A DNA stretch of 64,000 nt from Acidimicrobiia bacterium (GTDB lineage: Bacteria > Actinomycetota > Acidimicrobiia > Spongiisociales > UBA5794). Below the pieces are notes generated by a model. The model was not told the DNA's origin, did no database searches, and saw only the letters and a program-made list of their open reading frames with translations. The stretch spans positions 2,860-66,859 of the forward strand of contig DATHZQ010000014.1 in assembly GCA_035458525.1 (NCBI GenBank), read 5' to 3'. Below are positions 42,966-52,437 of this stretch, in pieces; the stretch's first letter is position 1, and every line of letters begins with the position of its first letter. The position numbers were made by a program, and so were the translations under genes.

Positions 42966-45818
42966 ATGGAGTGCAGGATCCTGGGCGAGCTCGAAATCCT
43001 CCTCGACGGCGATCGAGTCGAACTCGGTTCCCCCCGTCAGAGGGCTCTCGTCGCCCGCCTCCTGGTCAACGCATCTGAACCCGTATCGACCGACCGACTC
43101 ATCGAAGACCTGTGGCGAGGCGAGCCGACCGATACGGCACGGCACGCGCTCCACGTGTATGTGTCGCGCCTGCGGAAGGCACTGGGGCCTTGCCGGGACC
43201 GGCTCCTGCGAAATCGATCCGGCTATCGGCTCGTAGTGGAAGGCGACGAGCTCGATGCCGCGAAGTTCGAGCGCCTGGCGCGCGAGGGCCGGGCTGCTCG
43301 CAGCCGCCATGACGCCGCGATGGCGAGCTCGAAGTTGGAGGAAGCGCTGCGTATGTGGCGTGGAGCGCCGTTTGCGGAATTCGCCGGGGAGGCGTTCGTC
43401 CGGGACGAAGCGGTGAGACTCGAGGAGCTGAGGCTGGCGTCGTTGGAGCAGCGAATCTGGGCGGACCTCGAGCTTGGTCGGCATGAAGACATTGTCGAGG
43501 AGCTCCAGGAACTTACCGCCCAGCACCCGTTCCGGGAATGCTTCTGGGAGCAGCTCATGCTCACCCTCTATCGCGGAGGGAGGCAGGCAGAGGCCCTGCG
43601 TACCTACCAGAAGGTGCGACTGTTTCTCGCCGACGAGCTCGGTATCGACCCGGGACCCGCCCTCGCTCGCATGGAACAGCGCGTTCTGGCCCAAGACCCG
43701 GAGCTCGAGCGGCGGCCGGGGTCAACGGCACGCGCCTCACCGGGTGCGCTGCCGCCGCAGCGCACCAGCTTCGTGGGGAGAAGACGCGAACTCGAGAAGG
43801 TGGCGAGGTTGCTTTCCGCGTCCCGATTGTTGACCCTCACCGGACCTCCCGGCTCAGGCAAGACTCGCCTTGCGCTCGAACTGGCGGCAGAACAGATGAG
43901 CCGCTTTGCGCACGGCGCATTCTTCGTCGCGCTTGCCGCGGTCAGCGACCCCCGCCTGATGAGCAACACGATCGCCGGCGTTCTCGACCTGCACGACCGT
44001 CCCGGTGAGACGGCCTTGGAAGGTATTACGTCGTTCCTGCGCGACCGCCAGGCGCTGCTCGTGCTCGACAATTTCGAACAGATCCTCCCTGCAGCACCGC
44101 AGGTGGGAGAGCTACTCGATGCTGCGCCGAGTCTCACGATCATGGTCACCAGTCGAGCATCGCTCGGTATTGCAGGGGAGCAAGAATATGCGGTGCCACC
44201 TCTGCAGCTACCGGTCGACGATGGATTCGCGGATCCGGAGGCAATCGCCGACTATGACGCCGTTGCGCTCTTCGTCACCCGGGTGTGCGCCGTCGACCCT
44301 GACTTCAAGCTCGACGCTGGGAACGCCTCGGACGTTGCTCAGCTCACCGCTCGGCTGGATGGGCTGCCGCTTGCGATCGAGCTTGCCGCCGCTCGGATCA
44401 AGATGTTGACCCCCGGGGCGATGCTCGGCCGGCTCGAGCAGCGTCTCACCCTCCTCACGGCGGCGCCTGCAGACTCGACCGACCGCCATCGCACGATGCG
44501 AGATGCCATTGGGTGGAGCTACGACCTGCTCGAACCTTCGGAACGGGCGCTGTTCAGGCGTCTCGGGGTCTTTCGGGGAGGCTTCACGCTGGAGGCGGCG
44601 ACGGCAGTGGCTGATCCTTCGGGCTCGGACATCTTCGGCAGTGTCGAGGCGCTGCTCACCCGGAGTCTCCTCTACCGCCCGGCTGCGACCGGCCCGGCTC
44701 GCTATGCGATGCTCGAGACGATCAGGGAATTCGCTCAGGATCAGCTGGCTGCGGCCGGTGAGCAACAGGAGGTCGGAAGCCGGCACGCCAACTACTTCCG
44801 CCGACTGGCAGAGGACACCGAGCCGCACCTCACGTTGGAGCCAGCAGGAGGCGGATCGCAGCAACTGAGCGCAGAAGTGGACAACATCCGTGGTGCCCTC
44901 CGGTACGCCCTCGATGCCGGCCAACCTGACCTCGGCCTGAGGCTGGCGAGCTGCATCTGGAGGCATTGGCAGAGTTCCGAACAACTGGCCGAGGGGAGGG
45001 ATTGGCTCGAGGAGCTGCTCGCCCACCCCAGAGCGTCGGCTGCGGCACGGGCTGCCGGCCTGACTGCGCTGGCAGGCCTGGCTTATTGGCAAGCCGACTA
45101 CGACGAATCCTGGGTCAGATATGAGGAGGCGCTCGACGTGTTCCGCTTCCTCGGCGATCGGCTCAACGAAGCAGACACCCTCTTCTCCATGAGCGTGACG
45201 GCGAACTGGCGTGGCGAGGTCGAGGTCGGGGAGCGCCTTGCCGAGACAGCACGATCGCAGTTCGAGGAGCTGGGATCTCGCGAAGGCGTCGGCAGGGCTC
45301 TGATGGCTCAGGGCTTCTCCCGGTTCAGGCGCAAGGAGTTCGCATCGGCCCAGGAGCTGTATGAGGAGTCTCTGGTCATCGCCCGCACCTCTGGCGATCA
45401 ACCGCTTGCCGCAACGCTTCTGCTCGGCATCGCCGCCTTCGTGTTCCACCAAGGCGACCTGAAGCGTGCGTTGTCGATGCTCCTCGAAGCAGTTGGGGAG
45501 GCAACCGAGCTGCACAACGCCCACCTGACCGTGTGGATGCTCGACTTCGTCGCAGCGTTCGCCGCGTCCACCGCTCCCGAGGAGGCGGTGCGTCTTGCCG
45601 GTGCGGTGCACTCGCTCCGTGAAGCCGCAGGCGGGGGGATGCGGCCCGAGGCGCTCGACGTCGAGAATGCCCGGTCGGCCGCGGCGCGGGTGCTTGCGCC
45701 GGCGCAACTGAACCAGGCCTGGGCACAGGGGCGTGAGCTGAGCCTGGCAGAAGCGGTGAGCCAGGCCCACCTCCTCAACGACCTTGTCACGGGTATGGCA
45801 TGCCGAGGAGATGCATGA
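42966..45818 (+). CDS. SARP/AfsR-type regulator: OmpR-like winged helix, BTAD, NB-ARC-like STAND ATPase and TPR
   Basis: MECRILGELEILLDGDRVELGSPRQRALVARLLV...YVSRLRKAL (wHTH). BTAD region ...ALRMWRGAPFAEF...LYRGGRQAEALRTYQ. P-loop LTLTGPPGSGKTRLALELA and LLVLDNFEQ. C-terminal TPR-like repeats. 950 aa. Confidence 0.85.
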   Translation: MECRILGELEILLDGDRVELGSPRQRALVARLLVNASEPVSTDRLIEDLWRGEPTDTARHALHVYVSRLRKALGPCRDRLLRNRSGYRLVVEGDELDAAKFERLAREGRAARSRHDAAMASSKLEEALRMWRGAPFAEFAGEAFVRDEAVRLEELRLASLEQRIWADLELGRHEDIVEELQELTAQHPFRECFWEQLMLTLYRGGRQAEALRTYQKVRLFLADELGIDPGPALARMEQRVLAQDPELERRPGSTARASPGALPPQRTSFVGRRRELEKVARLLSASRLLTLTGPPGSGKTRLALELAAEQMSRFAHGAFFVALAAVSDPRLMSNTIAGVLDLHDRPGETALEGITSFLRDRQALLVLDNFEQILPAAPQVGELLDAAPSLTIMVTSRASLGIAGEQEYAVPPLQLPVDDGFADPEAIADYDAVALFVTRVCAVDPDFKLDAGNASDVAQLTARLDGLPLAIELAAARIKMLTPGAMLGRLEQRLTLLTAAPADSTDRHRTMRDAIGWSYDLLEPSERALFRRLGVFRGGFTLEAATAVADPSGSDIFGSVEALLTRSLLYRPAATGPARYAMLETIREFAQDQLAAAGEQQEVGSRHANYFRRLAEDTEPHLTLEPAGGGSQQLSAEVDNIRGALRYALDAGQPDLGLRLASCIWRHWQSSEQLAEGRDWLEELLAHPRASAAARAAGLTALAGLAYWQADYDESWVRYEEALDVFRFLGDRLNEADTLFSMSVTANWRGEVEVGERLAETARSQFEELGSREGVGRALMAQGFSRFRRKEFASAQELYEESLVIARTSGDQPLAATLLLGIAAFVFHQGDLKRALSMLLEAVGEATELHNAHLTVWMLDFVAAFAASTAPEEAVRLAGAVHSLREAAGGGMRPEALDVENARSAAARVLAPAQLNQAWAQGRELSLAEAVSQAHLLNDLVTGMACRGDA

Positions 45819-45907
45819 CGAGGCGGATGGCACCTAGCGATGGCGCTCGTTCTGGCGGAAGCTAGAGGCTGATGCGTCTCGACGAGCGCCACCAGGGAGG
45901 CCCGGTC

Positions 45908-46339
45908 ATGTCGTGTGATTCCTCGTCCGAGCATTCGAACACCGAGGTGCTGCGAACCCTGCTTGCACAGCTGGGAACGGCTCTCGATCCCTACTACGGC
46001 AAGAGCGATCCGTCGACCTATGTGGCGATGTACGCCGACGCGGTGACCGCCTTCGATCCGTGGTCCAACGGCAAGCTGGAGGACGCGGCGGTCGAGGATC
46101 ACGTGATGGGATTCGCCGGGCGAATCCCATCTGTTGCCTACGAGATCGTCGATCCACGGGTCGACCTCTACGGCGATACCGCAGTCTTCGCCTTCAACGT
46201 CGATCTGACCGACCCGACGGGAGCCACTGTCGCCGTTTGGAACACCACCCAGGTCCACCATCGCATGGGCGATGTCTGGGAGCTGGTCCATTCCCACTGG
46301 TCGTTCGCAACGCCGCCGGCGGAAGAGCTGGGTGTCTGA
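45908..46339 (+). CDS. SnoaL/NTF2-like (DUF4440-like) small protein
   Basis: ATG 45908 (MSCDSSSEHSNTEVLRTLLAQLGTALDPYY...AVFAFNVDL...VWNTTQVHHRMGDVWELVHSHWSF). Cone-like alpha+beta pattern. The start choice is uncertain. Confidence 0.55.
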   Translation: MSCDSSSEHSNTEVLRTLLAQLGTALDPYYGKSDPSTYVAMYADAVTAFDPWSNGKLEDAAVEDHVMGFAGRIPSVAYEIVDPRVDLYGDTAVFAFNVDLTDPTGATVAVWNTTQVHHRMGDVWELVHSHWSFATPPAEELGV

Positions 46340-46518
46340 ACCGGATGAGATCGTCACGAGCGGCGGCCGCCGTCGGTACCGAACGACTTTGCACCCCGGC
46401 GATGGTCTTCGAAGCCTTGGCTGTGAGCGGTCGTTGAGCGCAGATTGACCCGCTCGGCGCACAGTGAGTCAAGGCGCCGGCCAGGCGTCTCCGGCAAACA
46501 CCCGAGGAGGTGGATGGA

Positions 46519-47022
46519 ATGAAGAGATTGATGGTCATGCTGCTGGCACTCACGGTTGCGCTGACGCTGGGGGCATTCCCCGTCCTCGCTTCAGCAGAAC
46601 CAAATGCGTCCGGGACGTGGGATTACACACTCACGGCGCCCCCGGAGATCGAAGTCGCCGGCCCCAATGTGTTCTTCTACGGACAAGATCGTGGCGAATG
46701 GGGAGGCACGTTCGAGGGATACTCGCAAGAAGAGTTCGTTCTGGTTTGCCATCCCACCGCAGGCTTCAGCTTCTACAAGGGTGAGATGACCTTCTACGGC
46801 ACGGTGTTCGACGAAGCAGGCGCTCCGCATGAAGGCACCATGGTCCTCAAGACCAACGGCAAGCAATACTCGGACGCCTGCGAGCCGAGTTCTGCCTTGT
46901 GGGAAGGCCACTGGGTGATCATCAGTGGCACCGAGGGCCTTGCGAACGTCCACGGGCATGGAACGTTCGACGGTCCGAGCTTCCATCTCCGCTACGCGGG
47001 GTACATCGACTTCAGCTCGTGA
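46519..47022 (+). CDS. Secreted hypothetical protein
   Basis: ATG 46519, 8 nt after GAGGAGG. Signal peptide MKRLMVMLLALTVALTLGAFPVLASA. No family recognised. Visibly lower G+C at third positions than neighbouring genes. Confidence 0.6.
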   Translation: MKRLMVMLLALTVALTLGAFPVLASAEPNASGTWDYTLTAPPEIEVAGPNVFFYGQDRGEWGGTFEGYSQEEFVLVCHPTAGFSFYKGEMTFYGTVFDEAGAPHEGTMVLKTNGKQYSDACEPSSALWEGHWVIISGTEGLANVHGHGTFDGPSFHLRYAGYIDFSS

Positions 47023-47163
47023 GAGGAATCGAGCCGGCTCGGCGTGGTCGGCGGGGTCTCGAGACGGACCCCGTCGACCCTTCGCGCGACCTGCGGTACT
47101 GATTCGCCCAACACGGCCGGTGTGACGAGTGCGGTGTGCGCAGTGCGGGCACGTGCGCTTCGG

Positions 47164-48183
47164 TCAGTACGCCGCCAGTTCCCGGGCTGCTTTGGCGATC
47201 TTGGCGGCCGTCGGCCGGTGCGCCTGCTCGAGGGGCGGGCTGAACGGAACGGGCGTGTCGAGGGCGCCGAGCCTCACCGGTGGTGCATCCAGGAGATCAA
47301 ATGCCTGCTCCGAGATCTCGGCGGCGATCTCCGCTCCGACACCCAGGAGACGATTGGCCGAGTGGACGATGAGTGCCTTCCCGGTGCGTTCGACGGCGCT
47401 GAAGATGCTGTCCCAGTCGAGCGGCTTGAGCGTGCGCAGGTCGAGAACCTCGATATCGATCCCGTCCGCGGCCAGCAACTCGGCGGCACGCAGCGACTCG
47501 ACGACCTGCGCACCGTACGTGAAGACGGTCAGGTCGCTTCCCTTGCGGGCGACGGCAGCCGAACCGATCGGAACCGTGTGATCACCCATCGGCACGGGAC
47601 CCTTCAGCGAGCGGTACAGCGGCTTGGGCTCGAAGTAGATGACCGGGTTGTCGTCACGGATCGCCGCAATCAGCAGACCCTTGGCGTCGGCCGGATTCGA
47701 TGGACTCACCACCTTGAGTCCGGGCGCGTGGACGAACCACGCTTCCGGGTTCTGACTGTGAAACGGACCCGACGAGATGCCGCCGTCACTCGGGGCCCGA
47801 ATCACCCACGGCACTGGAGCGCCCCACCGGTAGAAGTTCGTGGCGGCGAACTGCACGATGCTGTCGAACGCCGAGCTGATGAAGTCGGCGAATTGCATCT
47901 CGATGACCGGGCGCAGGCCCATCAGCGCCATGCCGGTGCCCATCCCCACGAAGCTGAGCTCGCTGAGCGGGGTGTTGCGGACCCGGGCGTCGCCGAACTC
48001 GGCGGCGAGGCCTTGCGTCACCTTGAAAGCGCCCCCGAACTCACCACCGACGTCCTCGCCGAGGATGCACACGTTCTCGTCCCGGGCGAGCTCGAATCTC
48101 AGCGCGTCGCGGATGGCCTCGATGAACGACATCTCGATGGTCTGGTGCTGTGTCTCCGGTGCAACGGTGGACTGGTCGGTCAC
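47164..48183 (-). CDS. 2-oxoacid dehydrogenase E1 component, beta subunit
   Basis: GTG 48183 overlaps the alpha-subunit stop (GTGA). ...MSFIEAIRDALRFELARDENVCILGEDVG..GGAFKVTQGL...RVRNTPLSE... Transketolase-like pyrimidine and C-terminal domains. 339 aa. Confidence 0.85.
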   Translation of the reverse strand: MTDQSTVAPETQHQTIEMSFIEAIRDALRFELARDENVCILGEDVGGEFGGAFKVTQGLAAEFGDARVRNTPLSELSFVGMGTGMALMGLRPVIEMQFADFISSAFDSIVQFAATNFYRWGAPVPWVIRAPSDGGISSGPFHSQNPEAWFVHAPGLKVVSPSNPADAKGLLIAAIRDDNPVIYFEPKPLYRSLKGPVPMGDHTVPIGSAAVARKGSDLTVFTYGAQVVESLRAAELLAADGIDIEVLDLRTLKPLDWDSIFSAVERTGKALIVHSANRLLGVGAEIAAEISEQAFDLLDAPPVRLGALDTPVPFSPPLEQAHRPTAAKIAKAARELAAY

Positions 48184-49169
48184 GGTGCATACACCCCGGC
48201 GGCGACGGTATTCGGATCCGGGGTCGGGGCCGCTTCGGCTTCGGCAACCGCGGCGCTGATCTCGTCCTCCGTGGTGCGGTCGATGGATTCGAGAACGGCC
48301 GCATCGATGCCATCCGCCAGTAGTCGCGCTTTGTAGCGCCGTACCGGATCGCGCGCATGCCACTCTTCGAGCAGGGTGTCCGGCACGTACTCGGCCCCAT
48401 CGTGGATGGCATGTCCGAGCATTCGCATCGTCTTTGCCTCGACGAGGGTGGGTCCGCCCCCGTTGCGCGCCCGCTCGAGCGCCTTGGCGACCACGCGGGA
48501 CACCTCGTCGACGTCGTTCCCGTCGACGATCTTGCCCTTCATGCCGTAACCGGCGGCGCGGTCGGCGATGTCGCTCACCACCATCTGCTCATCGAGCGGC
48601 GTCGAGTACGCGTATTGGTTGTTCTCCACGATCAGCACGAACGGGGCGCGATACACCGCCGCCATGTTGAGCGTCTCGTGCCACCCGCCTGTGCTGCTGC
48701 CGCCATCTCCGATGAAGGTCAGGGCCGCCCGCTCCTCGCCACGCATCTGGAACGCCATCGCCGCTCCGAGAGCCACGGGCATCGACATCGGCAGGTGTGA
48801 GACGTAGCCGATGATCCCGAGGGACAGGTCGCCCATGCCATGCAGGTTGGCGTCGCGGCCGCCGGAGGGCCCCGTCGTCCTGCCCAGGAGGTTTCCGAAG
48901 ACACGGGCCGGCGTCATGCCGCGCACCAGGTAACACCCGAGATCGCGATGCATCGGGGCAACCACATCGTGCCTTCCGAGGGCGAGGCCCGCACCGACGC
49001 CGATCGCTTCGTGCCCGCGCTGCGAGAACGTGCCGCCGAGCCCGCGTCCCTGCTTCCACATCGACACCATCCGATCGTCGAACGTCCGGGTCAGTCGCAT
49101 CCAGTAGTAGGTGCGGAGCCGGTCGTCCTCGAACGAATCCGGGCCGTCTGACGTTTGGCGCAGGGTCAC
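48180..49169 (-). CDS. 2-oxoacid dehydrogenase E1 component, alpha subunit (TPP-binding)
   Basis: ...RGHEAIGVGAGLAL...GRDANLHGMGD...TFIGDGGSSTGGWHETLNMAAVYRAPFVLIVENNQYA... carries the TPP motif GDG-X-NN. 329 aa. Confidence 0.85.
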   Translation of the reverse strand: MTLRQTSDGPDSFEDDRLRTYYWMRLTRTFDDRMVSMWKQGRGLGGTFSQRGHEAIGVGAGLALGRHDVVAPMHRDLGCYLVRGMTPARVFGNLLGRTTGPSGGRDANLHGMGDLSLGIIGYVSHLPMSMPVALGAAMAFQMRGEERAALTFIGDGGSSTGGWHETLNMAAVYRAPFVLIVENNQYAYSTPLDEQMVVSDIADRAAGYGMKGKIVDGNDVDEVSRVVAKALERARNGGGPTLVEAKTMRMLGHAIHDGAEYVPDTLLEEWHARDPVRRYKARLLADGIDAAVLESIDRTTEDEISAAVAEAEAAPTPDPNTVAAGVYAP

Positions 49170-49179
49170 CCCCGAGACA

Positions 49180-49800
49180 CTACCGGCGCGATGACTGTGG
49201 CTGCTGCGGCTCGGCTCGGTAGTGCGCCGTGCCTCCGCCCGGGGCTTCGTCCCGGATCTCCTCCAGCGCGTGGACGATGAAGTGCCCAGCCAATGCCACC
49301 ATCGCGAGCCACTCGGCCCAGAACAGGGAGATAACGCCGAGCGGTTTCCACATCAACAACACCAACACGGCAAGCGCCAGCAACGGTCGCTTGATCTTGC
49401 TCGCCCAAGGGCCTTCCGAGTACTTCACGATCGCGAGGACTCCACCACCAAAGAAGACAGCGGCGAGTATGCCGTGCCACGGTTGCCAGTCCTGTTCGTT
49501 GAACAGGACGACACCGCTGAGTGCAAGCCCCAGAACTGCGCTGTACCAGTGCCGCTCGGCTCGGGCGCCTCGGACGATGAACATCATGGCGGCCACGGTA
49601 AGGGAGTAGTAGAAGACTTGGTTCTGCGACATGTCCCAGTAGGCGCTGATGCTGCCCCGGACGTTCCACGTATCGAACGCGATCAAGAACGCTGGCACAG
49701 TCAGGCAAACCGTGGCCAACGCCACCTCGAATCGTGCAAGCCTCCGTGGCTGCTGCCGGACAATGCCCCACAGCTGCTGGGTGGTGGAGTCACTCGTCAT
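49180..49800 (-). CDS. Integral membrane protein of unknown function (about 6 TM helices)
   Basis: ATG 49800 preceded by AAGGAGGA (MTSDSTTQQLWGIVRQQPRRLARFEVALATVCLTVPAFLIAF...). Hydrophobic segments throughout. Ends 10 nt before the E1 alpha start. Confidence 0.55.
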   Translation of the reverse strand: MTSDSTTQQLWGIVRQQPRRLARFEVALATVCLTVPAFLIAFDTWNVRGSISAYWDMSQNQVFYYSLTVAAMMFIVRGARAERHWYSAVLGLALSGVVLFNEQDWQPWHGILAAVFFGGGVLAIVKYSEGPWASKIKRPLLALAVLVLLMWKPLGVISLFWAEWLAMVALAGHFIVHALEEIRDEAPGGGTAHYRAEPQQPQSSRR

Positions 49801-49948
49801 CAGGTCCTCCTTGGATCCTGTGAATAGGAGGCGCGAGCGCACGTCCTGATACAGGGCGTCCGCCAGTCTGCTGGCCGATGTTCGGCGCGCCGCCGCACGG
49901 TCTGCAGAAACCGCTGGCGCCAGTGCTGGTGCGCCAGTACACTCGTTT

Positions 49949-49979
49949 GCAGAGAGTGCATCGCAATTGCACTCTGTGC
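49949..49979. promoter_or_regulatory. Imperfect 12-bp inverted repeat (GCAGAGAGTGCA-N7-TGCACTCTGTGC), candidate IclR operator
   Basis: Read directly. One mismatch between the arms. Located 22 nt upstream of the IclR gene start (50001), in the divergent region shared with the membrane-protein/E1 operon. Confidence 0.35.
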
Positions 49980-50000
49980 AACAGGTAGAGGAGGGGGAAC

Positions 50001-50771
50001 GTGGCCACGCACCAGTCGCTGCATCGGGCGGTGGCCATCCTGCGCGAGTTTTCCGAGATGGAGCCGGCGCTGACCGTCGGGGAGCTCAGCGAACGGGTCG
50101 GCCTGCACAAGAGCACGGTCTCGCGCATCTTGAGTGCGCTGCTCGAGGACGGGATGGTGTGGCACAACACCGAGACCGGCCGCTACTCGCTGGGTATGGC
50201 CGTCGTCGAGATGGCAGGTGTCGCCCTCGGCCAGATCGACGTGCGCGCTGCCGCATTGCCGCACATCGAGTCGCTGGCCGCTGACTCCAACGAAACGGTC
50301 TCGGTATTGGTTCCGCGGGGCCGCGAAGTGATGACCGTCGCCCACCGGCCGAGCAGCCAGCCGATTCGTCACGTGGTCTGGATCGGACGCCGCATCCCGC
50401 TCAGAACGACCGCGTCCGGAAAGGTCATCCTCGCCTCGATGCATGCGGCGGGGGACGACTGGCGAAGCACGCTCGGCGTGCTTCCCGAGGACCGGACCGC
50501 AAGCTGGGAAGCTCGGCTGCGGAAGGACCTCGAGGCAATCACACGCCTCGGATTCGCCGAAGAGGTCGACGAGTTCGAGCAGGGCACGTCTGCGGTCGCG
50601 GTGCCCGTGCTGGACGGCGACGGTCGGGCGCTTGCCGCCATCTCCGTCAGTGGCCCCAGCGATCGGTTCAACGGTGCGAAGCGCAAGCAGATTCGGCCCA
50701 GGCTCCTCGAAGCGGCGGGACGCGTCGCAACGACGCTCGGGGCGCAACGGCCTGTGGGGACGAGCACATGA
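50001..50771 (+). CDS. IclR-family transcriptional regulator
   Basis: GTG start after GGAGGGGG. MATHQSLHRAVAILREFSEMEPALTVGELSERVGLHKSTVSRILSALLEDGMV... plus the IclR effector domain. 256 aa. Confidence 0.85.
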   Translation: MATHQSLHRAVAILREFSEMEPALTVGELSERVGLHKSTVSRILSALLEDGMVWHNTETGRYSLGMAVVEMAGVALGQIDVRAAALPHIESLAADSNETVSVLVPRGREVMTVAHRPSSQPIRHVVWIGRRIPLRTTASGKVILASMHAAGDDWRSTLGVLPEDRTASWEARLRKDLEAITRLGFAEEVDEFEQGTSAVAVPVLDGDGRALAAISVSGPSDRFNGAKRKQIRPRLLEAAGRVATTLGAQRPVGTST

Positions 50772-51406
50772 TCCCGACTGTTGCGCCCGCCGACCTCCTC
50801 GGTCCCGACGATGTTGTGGACCAGAGATCATTCACGCATCCCGATCACGTTGCGGCCGATCGCGCCGTGCTGTGCATGCTGATTCGAGACTTCAGTCGTC
50901 ATCTCGCCTCGGCACCGCGTGGGCAGGAGACCGTTCGCTTCCTTCCGGATCCCGTTCAGTGGCATCGCCGCGTCGTGATCCCGGCACCCGAGCGGCTCGA
51001 TGCCCATCAGGTCATCTCGGTCGTGGGCTTCTTTGGCAGGGTTGCCGATACCGTCGAACCCGAGGTCGCTGCACGCATCAAGACGCTCGGTGAGCGTCTC
51101 GTCGATGCGGTGCTGTCCACCCCGGGGGTGCTCGGCTACACAACGCACCTGCTGGCGGACGAGCGCAACTACGCCAATCTCGTGCTGGTCAGCTCTCCGG
51201 ACGTCATCGAGCGCTGGCGACTGACCGCCCCGCATCCGAAAGCCGCCGAGGAATGGTCGCCGCGCTACTACCAGCACGTCCGTATCTACCGAGGTGCGGT
51301 CGATCGGGCGGAGATGGATTGCGAGCAAGCCCTGCGGTTGGACTCGGTCAAGTATTGGGACTACCGCTGTGACCCCGTGTGGCACGCGATCCGCACGCTG
51401 CATTGA
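50768..51406 (+). CDS. Hypothetical protein, translationally coupled to the IclR gene
   Basis: ATGA overlap with the IclR stop. 212 aa, codon usage like its neighbours. No family recognised. Confidence 0.5.
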   Translation: MIPTVAPADLLGPDDVVDQRSFTHPDHVAADRAVLCMLIRDFSRHLASAPRGQETVRFLPDPVQWHRRVVIPAPERLDAHQVISVVGFFGRVADTVEPEVAARIKTLGERLVDAVLSTPGVLGYTTHLLADERNYANLVLVSSPDVIERWRLTAPHPKAAEEWSPRYYQHVRIYRGAVDRAEMDCEQALRLDSVKYWDYRCDPVWHAIRTLH

Positions 51407-51588
51407 ATCTCGCGGTGTCATTGCCGGGGGTCTCCACGAAGTGGGGGAATGGCTCCCTTGTCGGCCGCGCCGGGGGTGCCGGCTCGATCCGATGCCCCAT
51501 GAGCCACCTGTCGCTGGCCGCAGCCGCCCCCTTCGAGCCGAGCCTCCGGCTGGCTCGCGTGCCCCGGCTCCGCTGAGCGACAACCAGC

Positions 51589-52332
51589 ATGACGCATTCC
51601 CTGATTGACACGGGCACCTTCACGTCGCACATGGCGGAGGCTGCCGATCCATTGGTTGCCGCCGTTGCGGCTCGGCTCGGGATGGGCTGGGTCGGTGGTA
51701 CGTGGCACGACCGGCTGACCCGCTTGCGAAATGGCTCGATCGACGCCGGGTGGATCTGCGGGCTTCTCTATGCCGAGCTCCACCGCCGCGACGAGTTGGA
51801 CCTCGTGCCGGTCGCCGCACCCGTGATGGCGGCGCCCCGCTACGGCGATCGGCCGATCTATTTCGGCGACCTCATCGTCCACGTCGACTCCGATATCGCC
51901 ACCATCGACGACGTCGGCGGGCGGCGCCTTGCGTTCAACGAGCCGTCCTCGCTGTCCGGCTACCGGATGTTGCTCGATCGGTTCGACTCGCTCAACACGT
52001 TCTCGGAAACCGTCGCATCCGGCTCGCACGGTGCCTCGATGAGAATGGTGATCGAAGGCGCCGCCGACGTTGCGTGCATCGACTCGACCCTGCTCGACAT
52101 GCTGGCGGTGCGAGATCCGGCAGCGCTGGAACCGTTGCGTGTGGTCGCCGGCCTGGGGCCCTACCCGGCGCCGCCCATCGTGGCGCTGGTGCGCGTCGCC
52201 GGCGAACTGCAGGAGCGATTGACGGCGATGCACAATGCACCCGGCGGGCGGAGTCTGCTCGCCTCCTGGGGAGTCCACCGCTTCGCGACCGTAGAGAGCG
52301 ACGACTACGCAACGCTGGCCGCCCAAAGATGA
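51589..52332 (+). CDS. PhnD/SsuA-like periplasmic-binding-fold protein lacking a signal peptide
   Basis: ...RLRNGSIDAGWICGLLY...PIYFGDLIVHVDSDIATIDDVGGRRLAFNEPSSLSGYRML... resembles phosphate/phosphonate-type substrate-binding proteins. There is no N-terminal hydrophobic segment. Confidence 0.5.
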   Translation: MTHSLIDTGTFTSHMAEAADPLVAAVAARLGMGWVGGTWHDRLTRLRNGSIDAGWICGLLYAELHRRDELDLVPVAAPVMAAPRYGDRPIYFGDLIVHVDSDIATIDDVGGRRLAFNEPSSLSGYRMLLDRFDSLNTFSETVASGSHGASMRMVIEGAADVACIDSTLLDMLAVRDPAALEPLRVVAGLGPYPAPPIVALVRVAGELQERLTAMHNAPGGRSLLASWGVHRFATVESDDYATLAAQR

Positions 52333-52333
52333 C

Positions 52334-52361
52334 GAGAGCCCCCGATCCCTCGGGGGCTCTC
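52334..52361 (+). terminator. Strong hairpin (12-bp perfect stem, 4-nt loop) immediately after the PhnD-like gene
   Basis: GAGAGCCCCCGA-tccc-TCGGGGGCTCTC, followed by gttgtggttgg (T-containing tail). It starts 2 nt after the stop at 52332. Confidence 0.6.
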
Positions 52362-52437
52362 GTTGTGGTTGGGGCAGATTCACGTGTGAAAGGCGCCGGG
52401 CTCCGCGAGGGTCCGGCGCTTTCTATGCTCCCGGCCC

